DNA from: Bacteriovoracia bacterium
Lineage (GTDB): Bacteria > Bdellovibrionota > UBA1018 > JBFWNL01
Length of the DNA: 64,000 bases
Direction: 5' to 3'
Assembly (NCBI GenBank): GCA_050251055.1
Contig: JBFWNL010000005.1
Span: forward strand, 1 to 64,000
Shown piece by piece: positions 36,989 through 46,577 of the stretch. The stretch's first letter is position 1. Every line of letters starts with the position of its first letter. The notes beneath the pieces were generated by a model. It saw only the letters and a program-made list of their open reading frames with translations, made no database searches and was not told where the DNA came from. The translations under genes were made by a program, and so were the position numbers.

Positions 36989-39385
36989 TTACTTGCTGGT
37001 GCGCATTCCGTAGAACGAGCGCCAGACGAAGAACAGAGCCACGATCATCAGCACGACGCCGATGTAGAAGGCTTGTTCCTTCGCGCTGACCGCGATTTCC
37101 ACCGCCAAGAGCCCGAACAACGTCGTGAACTTGATGATGGGGTTGAGCGCGACGGACGACGTATCCTTGAACGGATCGCCGACGGTGTCGCCCACGACGG
37201 TCGCGGCGTGGAGCTCGGTGCCTTTTTCCTTGAGGTCGACTTCGACGACTTTCTTGGCGTTATCCCAAGCGCCGCCCGCGTTCGCCATGAACATGGCTTG
37301 GAACAAGCCGAACACGGCGATCGAGATCAGGTAGCTGGCGAAGAACGTGGCGTCGAAACAGGCGAAGGCCAAGGTCAACGCGAAGATCACGCCGAAGATG
37401 TTGATCATCCCGGCCTGGGCGTATTGCGTGCAGATCTTCACGACTTCCTTCGAGCTCTCAACGGACGCGGCTTTCGCCGAGTCGAGCTTGATGTTCGCCT
37501 TGATGTATTCCACCGCGCGGTAGGCGCCCGTGGTCACGGCCTGGATGGACGCGCCCGAGAACCAGAAGATCACCGCGCCGCCCGAGATCAAGCCCAGGAG
37601 AACCTTCGGATCGAGCAGGTCGAGCTTCAGGTTCAAGAGCAAGATGATCGAGAAGATCATGGTGGTCGCGCCGATCACGGCCGTGCCAATGAGCACGGGC
37701 TTCGCGGTCGCCTTGAAGGTATTACCGGCCGAGTCGTTGGACTCGAGCAAGTGTTTGCCTTGGTGGAAATCCGGCTTGAAACCGAATTCCTTTTGCACGT
37801 CGCCGGCGATGTTCGGGAGGTTCTCGATTTGCGAGAGCTCGAACACGCTTTGCGCGTTGTCGGTCACGGGACCGTAGCTGTCGACGGCGATCGTCACCGG
37901 GCCCATGCCCAGGAAGCCGAACGCCACCAGGCCGAACGCGAACACGGCCGGGTAGACCATGAATTCGCCCAAGCCCATCGCGGAGGTCAGGTAAGCGACC
38001 AACATCAACGCGACGATAACCATGCCCTTCCAGAAGGCGGAGAAGTTACCGGCCACCAAACCCGAAAGGATGGCAAGGCTTGCGCCGCCTTGGCGGGCCG
38101 AAGCCACCACTTCCTTAACGTGCTTGGAGTGCGCCGAGGTGAACACCTTGGTGAATTCCGGGATGATCGCGGCGGCAATGGTTCCGCAGCTGATGATCGT
38201 GGAGAGTTTCCACCAGAGGCCGTTCGGCAGGTCGCTGATCAGGATATCGCTGACCACGTAGGTAACGACGATCGAGACGGCCGAGGTGATCCAGACGAGC
38301 CAAGTGAGCGGCTTTTCGAAGTCGAATTCCTTCGCGTTGCCGAACATGGCCTTCGAGATCACGTTCGTGATCATGTAGGAGCCGATGGACGTGAAGATCA
38401 TCAACACGCGCATCATGAAGATCCAGATGATCAAGCGAGCCTGGAGATCCGGAGCGTTTGCACCGGCGGTGAGGGCACCGTCGGGCCCCATGGTCATGCC
38501 GACCGCCAGCGCGATGAAGCTGATGAGCGCCACGCCGGTCACGCCGTAGGTTTCGAAACCATCGGCCGTCGGGCCCACGCTATCGCCGGCGTTGTCGCCG
38601 GTACAGTCGGCGATCACGCCGGGGTTACGGGCGTCGTCTTCTTTAATGTTGAAAACGATCTTCATGAGGTCGGAACCGATGTCCGCGATCTTCGTGAAGA
38701 TACCGCCGCAGATCCGGAGCGCCGAAGCACCCAAAGATTCGCCGATGGCGAAGCCGATGAAGCACTTACCGGCGTGTTCTTTTGGCATGTAGAGGAGGAT
38801 GAAAATCATCATCACGAGCTCGACGCAGATGAGCAGCACGCCGATGGACATGCCCGCGCGGAGCGGGGTTTCCATTACGGGGTACGGCATGCCCTTGAGC
38901 GATGCGAACGCCGTGCGGGAATTGGCGTAGGTGTTGATGCGGATGCCGAACCAGGCGACCGCCACCGAGCCCAAGATCCCCAGGATGGACCAGGCCAGGA
39001 TCATCATCACTGGACCCATCTCCATGTGAAGCAGGAAGTAGAAGTAGTAGAAGATACAGGCGCCGATGAAGATTTCGAGGACGGCGAGCAATTTCCCTTG
39101 TTGGAACAAGTAGGTTTTGCAGGTTTCGTAAATCAATGCCGAGATGTCGAGCATCGACTTATGTGCAGGCAATTTCTTAATGCGCATGAATTCGATCAAG
39201 CCGAAGCCCATACCCAAGATCGAAAGCACCATGCCCCAGAACAAGAGCGTGTTGCCGGAGACTTCGCTGCCGAAAACATTGAACATGACCCCGAGTTCGG
39301 GGATGTGCAGATCCGCTTCGCTGCCAAATGCCGCGGGCGCCATCAGAAGGGCGCACCAGGAGACGAGCTGAGTCCATTTCTTCAT
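36989..39385 (-). CDS. hppA: Membrane-bound pyrophosphatase, K+-independent H+-pumping type, divergent clade
   Basis: GGIFTKIADIG, DDARNP, DSYGPVTDNA, GNTFKA (Lys), GGAWDNAKK, GDTVGDPFKDT; about 16 TMs. Confidence 0.95.
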   Translation of the reverse strand: MKKWTQLVSWCALLMAPAAFGSEADLHIPELGVMFNVFGSEVSGNTLLFWGMVLSILGMGFGLIEFMRIKKLPAHKSMLDISALIYETCKTYLFQQGKLLAVLEIFIGACIFYYFYFLLHMEMGPVMMILAWSILGILGSVAVAWFGIRINTYANSRTAFASLKGMPYPVMETPLRAGMSIGVLLICVELVMMIFILLYMPKEHAGKCFIGFAIGESLGASALRICGGIFTKIADIGSDLMKIVFNIKEDDARNPGVIADCTGDNAGDSVGPTADGFETYGVTGVALISFIALAVGMTMGPDGALTAGANAPDLQARLIIWIFMMRVLMIFTSIGSYMITNVISKAMFGNAKEFDFEKPLTWLVWITSAVSIVVTYVVSDILISDLPNGLWWKLSTIISCGTIAAAIIPEFTKVFTSAHSKHVKEVVASARQGGASLAILSGLVAGNFSAFWKGMVIVALMLVAYLTSAMGLGEFMVYPAVFAFGLVAFGFLGMGPVTIAVDSYGPVTDNAQSVFELSQIENLPNIAGDVQKEFGFKPDFHQGKHLLESNDSAGNTFKATAKPVLIGTAVIGATTMIFSIILLLNLKLDLLDPKVLLGLISGGAVIFWFSGASIQAVTTGAYRAVEYIKANIKLDSAKAASVESSKEVVKICTQYAQAGMINIFGVIFALTLAFACFDATFFASYLISIAVFGLFQAMFMANAGGAWDNAKKVVEVDLKEKGTELHAATVVGDTVGDPFKDTSSVALNPIIKFTTLFGLLAVEIAVSAKEQAFYIGVVLMIVALFFVWRSFYGMRTSK

Positions 39386-39507
39386 AGTCTTTACCTTTGT
39401 CCTCTAGTTGTAGTGATGCCCTAGGCCTTAACACAGGGTTATAGAGGCCTCAATGGTTGAAATTGAGTCTCGGGTATTAACTTTAATGCGGCGCATTAGT
39501 TTTGAAT

Positions 39508-41007
39508 TTAGGGCTTGGGCGGGATGCCGACGGACTTCAGGGTTCGTTCATACAATTCGGAATCGACTAGGAACTGGCGTACCGTATTGACGACATCAGC
39601 TCCGTTTTGCGTGGTGTTCCGGGAAAGTTTGCGAAGCGCGTAGAGCTGGCGCTCTTCGATTTTTTGGGCGAGTCCCGGTACGGAGGCGACGAGGGGATCC
39701 TTCGACCAATCAAAGAGCAACATTCGCACTTCGGGATGGGTTTTCGCCATGTCGGTTCCGCCGGCCGCGAGCTTGCGTGCCCATTCGTGGGTGACGGTTT
39801 GAGCCAGGTCGCGGATTTTGGGAGGGGACGATTTCGCTAGATCGACCAAAGCGATGCCCCGGTGATTGAAGTGGCTTTCTGAAACGGCGAATTCCACCAT
39901 TTGCGGGGCGAGCAGAGGGTTGGCGTCCCAGCCGGGCTGGTTTCGCAACCACGTTTCGATCGTGGGCTCGGGCAAGCCGAAGGCCGGGTCCTTCATGCTG
40001 CCATGAATGCCGTCGAGAATTTCCGCCATTCTTTTAGGGTCGGCGTTCGTCGGCACGGCTCGGTACTCGATCCCCCAGAGCCCGGGCTCATCATAAAATC
40101 GGTTTCCCCAGCGGATTCCGACCTGCGCACGTTTTTCTGTGATCGCGCCGTTGGGTTGCCCCGCTTTTTCAAAGAAGTCGCGCACCAGTGTGGAAAGGTC
40201 GGCTCTTTCCAGGCTTTGGTAGAAGTTGGGGTCTCCCCAAACGCCGTCAAGCGACTTGCGATTCTCCACGATGCTCAGCATGTCCGTCGCGAGATTTGCG
40301 CGGCGGTAAAAATCCGTTACCTGGGCGACTTGGATGGTTTTTCTCGCGGGATCGGAACTCAGGGCGCGGGGAGCGACCATGTGCACATGCTGGGGGCGGG
40401 GTTCCAGTTCAAGCGCCTTAAGAAAGGTGTTCGCGTCTTGGCTGGCCTGACCCGGAGTCGCGGTTTCACGGAAGTGAATCTCGACGCCGGTGAAACGAAT
40501 CGCGTCGTCGGGACTTCGATAGTCGACTTGACCCAGGAAAGAGGAAGTGCCGAAGTCATAGGTTCCCGGGGGGTAGGTCTTGCCTAGGAACGAGGTGGGT
40601 TGGGTAAACGTCAGCTCGACGACTTCGCGGATGCGCATGCCGTGCACTTTTCTAAAACGCTCCGGCTTTTCCTTTCCGACGTAGATCATGATTTCTAACT
40701 TTTCGGGAAAATCCAACGAATCCCAGGGAATCTCGGCCGCGGACTTTCCGGGGTGCTTCTTGGCGAGCCAAGCCGGCAAGGCCAGGTCTTCGAGGAGGGG
40801 CGCGACCGTGCCGTCATCGGACGTCAGTAGGGCCATGATCTTGGGGTTCATCCCCAGTTCGATTTCCACCGATGCGCTTTCCCCCATTCTCCCGGAGGCG
40901 CGCATGCCGCGCTCAAAGGCGTCGATGTAGCAAGGGGTCGTAGACTGAGCCCAAGCCCCGATCGAAAGAAAGAAGTTGATCAAAATAATCAGAAAATAGG
41001 CACGCAC
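39508..41007 (-). CDS. Secreted protein with COOH-NH2 ligase/amidoligase-like motifs
   Basis: Signal peptide; SVEIE, GVEIH, QHVH, GIEYR in the order typical of the glutamate-cysteine ligase fold. Confidence 0.6.
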   Translation of the reverse strand: MRAYFLIILINFFLSIGAWAQSTTPCYIDAFERGMRASGRMGESASVEIELGMNPKIMALLTSDDGTVAPLLEDLALPAWLAKKHPGKSAAEIPWDSLDFPEKLEIMIYVGKEKPERFRKVHGMRIREVVELTFTQPTSFLGKTYPPGTYDFGTSSFLGQVDYRSPDDAIRFTGVEIHFRETATPGQASQDANTFLKALELEPRPQHVHMVAPRALSSDPARKTIQVAQVTDFYRRANLATDMLSIVENRKSLDGVWGDPNFYQSLERADLSTLVRDFFEKAGQPNGAITEKRAQVGIRWGNRFYDEPGLWGIEYRAVPTNADPKRMAEILDGIHGSMKDPAFGLPEPTIETWLRNQPGWDANPLLAPQMVEFAVSESHFNHRGIALVDLAKSSPPKIRDLAQTVTHEWARKLAAGGTDMAKTHPEVRMLLFDWSKDPLVASVPGLAQKIEERQLYALRKLSRNTTQNGADVVNTVRQFLVDSELYERTLKSVGIPPKP

Positions 41008-41117
41008 TCTGTTTTCTTATCGGAGGAAAGGGGCGCTACATCAAATCGAGTACAGTTGTAAGCACTGTTTGATGGGGGTGGGTTGCCGTTGTTAGTGCTT
41101 TGCGTTATCTGCCGGGC

Positions 41118-41561
41118 ATGAAGAATAATGCGTTAGTTGGATGGGTGGTGGGTCTCATGGTCATGACTGCGGGACTCGCCCAGGCGGAAACGGTGGCGCT
41201 TCCTCGGAAGTTTCGTTGCGAAGGGATCCCTTCTTCGACGGCTCCGGATGCCCAAAATCTGAAAACCCGGCTGCAGAAGTACCGAGTCGAGCGCACGGAT
41301 CTGGCAACTGACGCGGACGCGATTTCCTCCAAAGGTCGAGGCGACGATACTTGGGGCGCGACCTTACGCGACGGAAAACTGGTGATGTCCTGGTTTAACT
41401 GCGACGAGAGCGGGCTGCTTGAGTTTGAACTGAAGGACGTCGTTCGTCCGGCCCGGCAGGCCCGATGGAAGCGCCGGGGTCCCTGGATCTCTACGAAATT
41501 CGCTTACGAACTCCGTGGCGACGAATCCACTTACGATGTCCGCTGCCGCGCACTTTACTAG
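41118..41561 (+). CDS. Small secreted hypothetical protein
   Basis: Signal peptide ending AQA; three Cys. Confidence 0.55.
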   Translation: MKNNALVGWVVGLMVMTAGLAQAETVALPRKFRCEGIPSSTAPDAQNLKTRLQKYRVERTDLATDADAISSKGRGDDTWGATLRDGKLVMSWFNCDESGLLEFELKDVVRPARQARWKRRGPWISTKFAYELRGDESTYDVRCRALY

Positions 41562-41644
41562 CCCCTCCCGCCTTGCCGCTTGACACCTGGTATCATGCTG
41601 TGCCAGTTTTTGAGCAAATTTATAATGTTAGGGAGGATTTCGTA

Positions 41645-42829
41645 ATGCGTTCGAATCTACGTTCGGTGGCTAGCCTGGGAATGGCCGCTCTCTTCGTTTT
41701 CGCCGTAGCTTGCACAAAGAAAGAATCGGCTCCAACCGGTGGACAAGCGGGTGCGCCCGCCGATGCCGCTGGCGACACGATTAAGATCGGCGAGATCGGC
41801 TCCATGACGGGCTCTGAAGCGACGTTCGGTTCCTCCACGCACGACGGGATCCAATTCGCTATCGACGAAATCAACGCCGCGGGTGGCATCAAGGGCAAGA
41901 AGCTTGAACTCATCACGCTCGACGATCAGGGCAAGCCGGAAGAAGCCGCTACGGCGGCTACTCGGCTGATCACCCAAAACGGCATCACGGTGCTGCTGGG
42001 AGAAGTGGCGAGCTCGCGCTCGCTGGCGATGGCGCCGATCGCCCAGGCCAACGGCGTGCCGATGGTGACGCCGTCCTCGACCAACCCGAAGGTCACCGAG
42101 ATGGGCGACTACATCTTTCGCGTGTGCTTCATCGATCCATTCCAGGGCACGGTGATGGCGAACTTCGCGCTCAACACGCTCAAGGCCAAGAAGGTGGCGA
42201 TTTTGCGCGACGTGAAGAACGATTACAGCGTGGGTTTGGCGGACTTCTTCGCCGAAACCTTCAAGAAGGCGGGCGGCACGGTCGTGATGGATCAAAGCTA
42301 CAGCGCCGGCGACATCGATTTCAAATCGCAGCTCACCTCGATCAAGCCAAAGCAGCCGGACGCGATCTTCGTGCCGGGTTACTACACCGAAGTGGGTCTC
42401 ATCGCCCGCCAAGCGAAAGAGCTGGGCATCAAGGCGCCGCTCCTGGGTGGGGACGGCTGGGACTCTCCGAAGCTGACGGAGATTGGCGGAAAGGCGATTG
42501 AAGGCGCCTATTTCTCGAACCACTATTCGTCGGAAGATCAATCGCCGGCCGTGCAAGGCTTCATCACGAAATTTAAAACCGCCAAGGGAATGGTACCGGA
42601 TGGACTTTCGGCCATGGGTTACGACGCTGCGATGTTCATGGCGGACGCCATGCGCCGCGCGCCATCGCTCGATAAGAAAGCCATCCGCGATGCCATGGCG
42701 GCGACGAAAGACTTTGCCGGCGTCACGGGCAAGATCACGATGAACGCCAAGCGCGACGCCGTGAAGTCGGCGGTGGTGCTGAAGGTTGTGGACGGCGGAT
42801 ATAAATATCAAACGACCGTGAACCCCTAG
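41645..42829 (+). CDS. livJ: Branched-chain amino acid ABC transporter substrate-binding lipoprotein
   Basis: AVAC lipobox, IKIG...TG..A.FG, FRVCFIDPFQG, DYSVGL, GGDGW; GGAGG RBS. Confidence 0.92.
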   Translation: MRSNLRSVASLGMAALFVFAVACTKKESAPTGGQAGAPADAAGDTIKIGEIGSMTGSEATFGSSTHDGIQFAIDEINAAGGIKGKKLELITLDDQGKPEEAATAATRLITQNGITVLLGEVASSRSLAMAPIAQANGVPMVTPSSTNPKVTEMGDYIFRVCFIDPFQGTVMANFALNTLKAKKVAILRDVKNDYSVGLADFFAETFKKAGGTVVMDQSYSAGDIDFKSQLTSIKPKQPDAIFVPGYYTEVGLIARQAKELGIKAPLLGGDGWDSPKLTEIGGKAIEGAYFSNHYSSEDQSPAVQGFITKFKTAKGMVPDGLSAMGYDAAMFMADAMRRAPSLDKKAIRDAMAATKDFAGVTGKITMNAKRDAVKSAVVLKVVDGGYKYQTTVNP

Positions 42830-42841
42830 TCCGGAGCGGTC

Positions 42842-43795
42842 TTGGTCGAGTTCGTCCAGCACGTCATCAACGGTTTGTCCTTGGGGAGCATCTATGCGCT
42901 CATCGCGCTGGGCTACACCATGGTCTTCGGCATCTTGCAGCTGATTAACTTCGCCCATAGCGATGTCTACATGCTGGGTGCGTTTATCGGCTTCTATATC
43001 TCGCGTTGGATGGGGCTCGGGCAGGTGTCGTCTTTTCCGGCTTTTTTGGCGGTCATCGCTTGCGCGATGGTGGGCTGCGCGATCATTGGCTTCACGATCG
43101 AGCGATTTGCTTACCGGCCGTTACGGAAGTCGCCCCGGATTAACGTGTTGATCACCGCGGTCGGAGTCTCGCTCTTTTTGGAGTTTTCCGGGCAGCTTCT
43201 CTTCGGGTCCGATCCGAAGTTTTTTCCCCAGATCTATACGCCCGAAGGCGGCAACTGGGTATTTCACTTTGGTGAAACCGTGACCCAGGCTGACGGCAGC
43301 GTGATGGCGGCGAGCGAGCTGAACATTAATCCGCTGCACGTCACGGTGCTGCTGATCTCGCTCGTGCTGATGGCGATTTTGCAATTCATCATCTTCAAGA
43401 CGCGCGTGGGACGGGCGATGCGCGCGGTGAGTTTCAACCACGATCTGGCGCGCCTGATGGGGATTCCCACGGATCGGGTGATTTCTTATACGTTTATGTT
43501 GGGCTCGTCCCTGGCGGGCGCCGCGGGCGTGCTGGTGGGGATGGTTTACCCGAAGATTGAGCCGCTCATGGGCGTGATGCCGGGCCTGAAGGCCTTCGTG
43601 GCCGCCGTATTGGGTGGCATTGGCAATGTCACCGGCGCCCTGGTTGGAGCAATCACCTTGGGACTGGCCGAGGAGTTTGTCGTCGGCTACTGGGCCCCTA
43701 CCTACCGGGACGCCTTGGCGTTCGTGATTTTGATCCTAATCTTGCTCTTTAAGCCGGCTGGCCTATTCGGCGTTTCGCGCCGGGAGAAGGTGTGA
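42842..43795 (+). CDS. livH: Branched-chain amino acid ABC permease
   Basis: NGLSLGSIYALIALGYTMVFG, INFAH, GLKAFVAAVLGGIG. Confidence 0.95.
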   Translation: MVEFVQHVINGLSLGSIYALIALGYTMVFGILQLINFAHSDVYMLGAFIGFYISRWMGLGQVSSFPAFLAVIACAMVGCAIIGFTIERFAYRPLRKSPRINVLITAVGVSLFLEFSGQLLFGSDPKFFPQIYTPEGGNWVFHFGETVTQADGSVMAASELNINPLHVTVLLISLVLMAILQFIIFKTRVGRAMRAVSFNHDLARLMGIPTDRVISYTFMLGSSLAGAAGVLVGMVYPKIEPLMGVMPGLKAFVAAVLGGIGNVTGALVGAITLGLAEEFVVGYWAPTYRDALAFVILILILLFKPAGLFGVSRREKV

Positions 43796-44844
43796 GCGTC
43801 ATGAAGGGGCAGACGGCGCGGACGGGCGGGATGCCTCACGGTTTACAGACGCTTTGGACTTGGCTCGCGCTGCTTGCGGCCGTGTGGGTGCTGAACTTCG
43901 CGGTCGCACCCTTCATCAATCCTTATATCTTCACCATCATTATGTACGCGGGCGTGAACATCGTGCTCGCCGTGAGCCTCAACCTGGTCAATGGTTTTAC
44001 GGGGCAGTTTTCCATGGGACACGCGGGCTTCATGGCCGTGGGGGCCTATGTTTCGGCGTACATGACGACGGAGCTACAGACCGCGCAACCCGCTCTGCTA
44101 GCGAACCCGGTCGTGGCGGCGGCGATTTTCGTCGTGGCGCTGATCGCCGGGGGGCTCGTTTCGGGGGCGGTCGGATACTTGGTGGGCTTGCCCTCGCTGC
44201 GGTTGCGTGGCGATTACCTGGCGATCGTGACTTTGGGGTTTGGCGAAATTATCCGCGTGGTCCTTTTGAACATGGACGCGGTGGGCGCGGCGCGCGGGTT
44301 ACCCGGAATTCCCGAACTCTCGACGTTCGGCTGGGTTTACACGTGGGTCGTGGTCGCGGTGTTCGCGGTTTGGCGGCTGGTGAACTCATCGCACGGGCGC
44401 GCGTTGCTTTCCGTGCGCGAGGATGAGATCGCGGCCGAAGCCATGGGGGTGGACACCACCGGCGCCAAGGTGCGCGCGTTCGTCATTGGCGCTTTCTTCG
44501 CCGGGGTGGGCGGCGGACTGTTTGCGCACTACCTGCGCTACCTTACGCCCGCGAGTTTCGATTTTAATAAGAGCTTCGAGATCATCATCATGGTCGTGCT
44601 GGGCGGCATGGGCAGCATCACCGGATCCATCGTGGCCGCGCTTTTCCTGACGGGAATTCGCGAAGCCTTGCGGCCGTTGCAGGAGCTGACGAAAGTGGAT
44701 TACCGCATGGTGATTTACTCATTGATCCTAATTATCCTCATGCTCACGCGCCCGAACGGGCTTTTCGGCACGCGCGAGTTCACGAGTTTCCTGCCTAAGT
44801 CCTGGCGTCGCCGTCTGGGCGGGGAAAGCGAGGCTCGCTCGTGA
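43792..44844 (+). CDS. livM: Branched-chain amino acid ABC permease
   Basis: GQFSMGHAGF, LRLRGDYLAIVTLGFGE, REDEIAA. Confidence 0.95.
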   Translation: MSVMKGQTARTGGMPHGLQTLWTWLALLAAVWVLNFAVAPFINPYIFTIIMYAGVNIVLAVSLNLVNGFTGQFSMGHAGFMAVGAYVSAYMTTELQTAQPALLANPVVAAAIFVVALIAGGLVSGAVGYLVGLPSLRLRGDYLAIVTLGFGEIIRVVLLNMDAVGAARGLPGIPELSTFGWVYTWVVVAVFAVWRLVNSSHGRALLSVREDEIAAEAMGVDTTGAKVRAFVIGAFFAGVGGGLFAHYLRYLTPASFDFNKSFEIIIMVVLGGMGSITGSIVAALFLTGIREALRPLQELTKVDYRMVIYSLILIILMLTRPNGLFGTREFTSFLPKSWRRRLGGESEARS

Positions 44845-45656
44845 GCACGATCGCGCTGAAGACCGAGGGCCTCAGTATCCAGTTTGGGGGACTGAAGGCC
44901 GTATCGAATTTGAACTTGCAGGTTCCCCAGGGCGCGATCTTCGGCCTCATCGGACCGAACGGCGCGGGCAAAACGACCGTCTTCAATATGCTTACCGGGG
45001 TCTATGCACCAACCGAAGGTAAAGTCTCCACCTACGGCGAGGAGCTGGTTGGCTATAAGTGCCACCAAATCACGCGGAAGGGTTTGGCGCGCACGTTTCA
45101 GAATATACGTTTATTCAAAGATCTCACGGTGCTCGAGAACTTGCTCGTGGCCATGGATAATGACCCGAAGCTGCCTCGTTACGGCCTGATTTCTTCCCTT
45201 TTGCGGACCCGTAAGGTGATGCAAAGCGAAGCGGAGAAGCGTGCGCGGGCGCAGGCCCTTCTGGAAGTGATGGGCATGAGTCAGTACCAGCACGAGCAGG
45301 CGGGTAGCCTTCCGTACGGCAATCAGCGGCGACTTGAGATCGCGCGCGCGCTCGCCACCGGCGCCAAGATCCTGCTCCTAGACGAGCCGGCGGCCGGACT
45401 TAATCCGCAGGAAACGAAATCGCTCATGGACGCCATCCAGCTGATCCGCAAGAAGTGGGCGGTGACGGTTTTTCTGATCGAGCACGACATGAAGCTCGTG
45501 ATGGGAATCTGCGAACGCATTGCCGTCTTGGACTACGGCGTGAAGATTGCCGAAGGCACGCCGGCGGAAATTCAGCGCGACCCGCACGTGATCGAAGCTT
45601 ACTTGGGTACCGGCGCGAGTACGGCCGGGGCCGGAGGGGGGGCGAATGGCCGCTAA
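44841..45656 (+). CDS. livG: Branched-chain amino acid ABC ATPase
   Basis: GPNGAGKTT, RTFQNIRLF, LPYG, LLLDEPAAG, IEHDM. Confidence 0.95.
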   Translation: MSTIALKTEGLSIQFGGLKAVSNLNLQVPQGAIFGLIGPNGAGKTTVFNMLTGVYAPTEGKVSTYGEELVGYKCHQITRKGLARTFQNIRLFKDLTVLENLLVAMDNDPKLPRYGLISSLLRTRKVMQSEAEKRARAQALLEVMGMSQYQHEQAGSLPYGNQRRLEIARALATGAKILLLDEPAAGLNPQETKSLMDAIQLIRKKWAVTVFLIEHDMKLVMGICERIAVLDYGVKIAEGTPAEIQRDPHVIEAYLGTGASTAGAGGGANGR

Positions 45657-46383
45657 ACCCGCCGTCGAGGGCGAGACCATCCTGAAGCTCGAAAACTTGA
45701 ACGTGCATTACGGGGCGGTTCACGCCATCAAGGATATTTCCTTCGAGGTGAAGCAGGGCCAGATCGTGACATTGATTGGGTGCAATGGCGCGGGCAAATC
45801 CACCGTTCTGCGCGCGATCAGTGGGCTGGTGAAGCCTTCCGCGGGTACCATCACCTATCGCGGCAAGCTAATTTCCAATATGAAGGCGCACGAGATCGTG
45901 CGCGAACGCATCTGCCAGGCCCCCGAGGGGCGCGGAATTTTCTTGAATCTCAGCGTCGAGGAGAATCTGGATTTGGGCGCTTGGACAGCGCCCGATCGCG
46001 CGACTTTCGCGAAGGACCTGGATCATGTGTTCACTTTGTTTCCGCGCCTGAAGGAGCGTCGTCGGCAGAACGCGGGCACTCTCTCGGGAGGCGAGCAGCA
46101 GATGCTCGCCATCGGACGCGCGCTCATGGGGCATCCCGATTTGCTTTTGCTGGACGAACCCAGTTTGGGGTTGGCGCCGCAGATTATCGAAAAAATCTTT
46201 TCGATTATTCGCCAGATCAACTCCGAAGGAAAAACGGTATTGCTCGTGGAGCAGAACGCGCTCCAGGCTTTGCACATAGCCCATCGAGGCATCGTGCTTG
46301 AAACGGGCAAGGCTGCGCTGCAAGGCCCGGCGTCGGAGCTGTTGGCTTCCGACGAAGTTCGTAAGGCCTACCTGGGTGAGTAG
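45646..46383 (+). CDS. livF: Branched-chain amino acid ABC ATPase
   Basis: G.NGAGKST, PEGR.IF, LSGGEQQM, LDEPSLGLAP, VEQN. Confidence 0.95.
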   Translation: MAAKPAVEGETILKLENLNVHYGAVHAIKDISFEVKQGQIVTLIGCNGAGKSTVLRAISGLVKPSAGTITYRGKLISNMKAHEIVRERICQAPEGRGIFLNLSVEENLDLGAWTAPDRATFAKDLDHVFTLFPRLKERRRQNAGTLSGGEQQMLAIGRALMGHPDLLLLDEPSLGLAPQIIEKIFSIIRQINSEGKTVLLVEQNALQALHIAHRGIVLETGKAALQGPASELLASDEVRKAYLGE

Positions 46384-46391
46384 TGTTCACA

Positions 46392-46516
46392 GTATTTATT
46401 CTTATTTTATAAATTTAAATAGTTTATATTTAATATAATATATTGATATTAAATATATTTTTAATTATCTGTAGACTTATTTGTTTACATTACTTTGAGT
46501 ATTGTATTGCAAAATG
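46392..46516. other. Extremely AT-rich intergenic island with a 12-bp perfect inverted repeat
   Basis: Almost no G/C over ~120 nt; TATATTTAATAT (46425-46436), 9 nt, ATATTAAATATA (46446-46457). Confidence 0.85.
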
Positions 46517-46577
46517 ACGCAAAGCATCATACTCTAGAGAAGTCCATTTAGGGGAATCATTATTGGGGGACTTCTCG

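Noticed and set aside
36911-39424. 837-aa + strand ORF antisense to hppA
   Set aside because: Codon-register shadow of a highly biased GC-rich membrane-protein gene; His/Arg/Asp-rich nonsense composition with no motifs.
41573-41630. TTGACA and TATAAT hexamers upstream of livJ as a sigma70 promoter
   Set aside because: The spacing between the perfect hexamers (about 35 nt) is wrong; a promoter is likely here but I cannot place it.
41657-42958. 433-aa - strand ORF antisense to livJ
   Set aside because: Shadow ORF of a well-supported gene.
46392-46516. AT island as replication origin (oriC)
   Set aside because: No convincing TTATCCACA DnaA boxes and no dnaA/dnaN/gidA context in the window.
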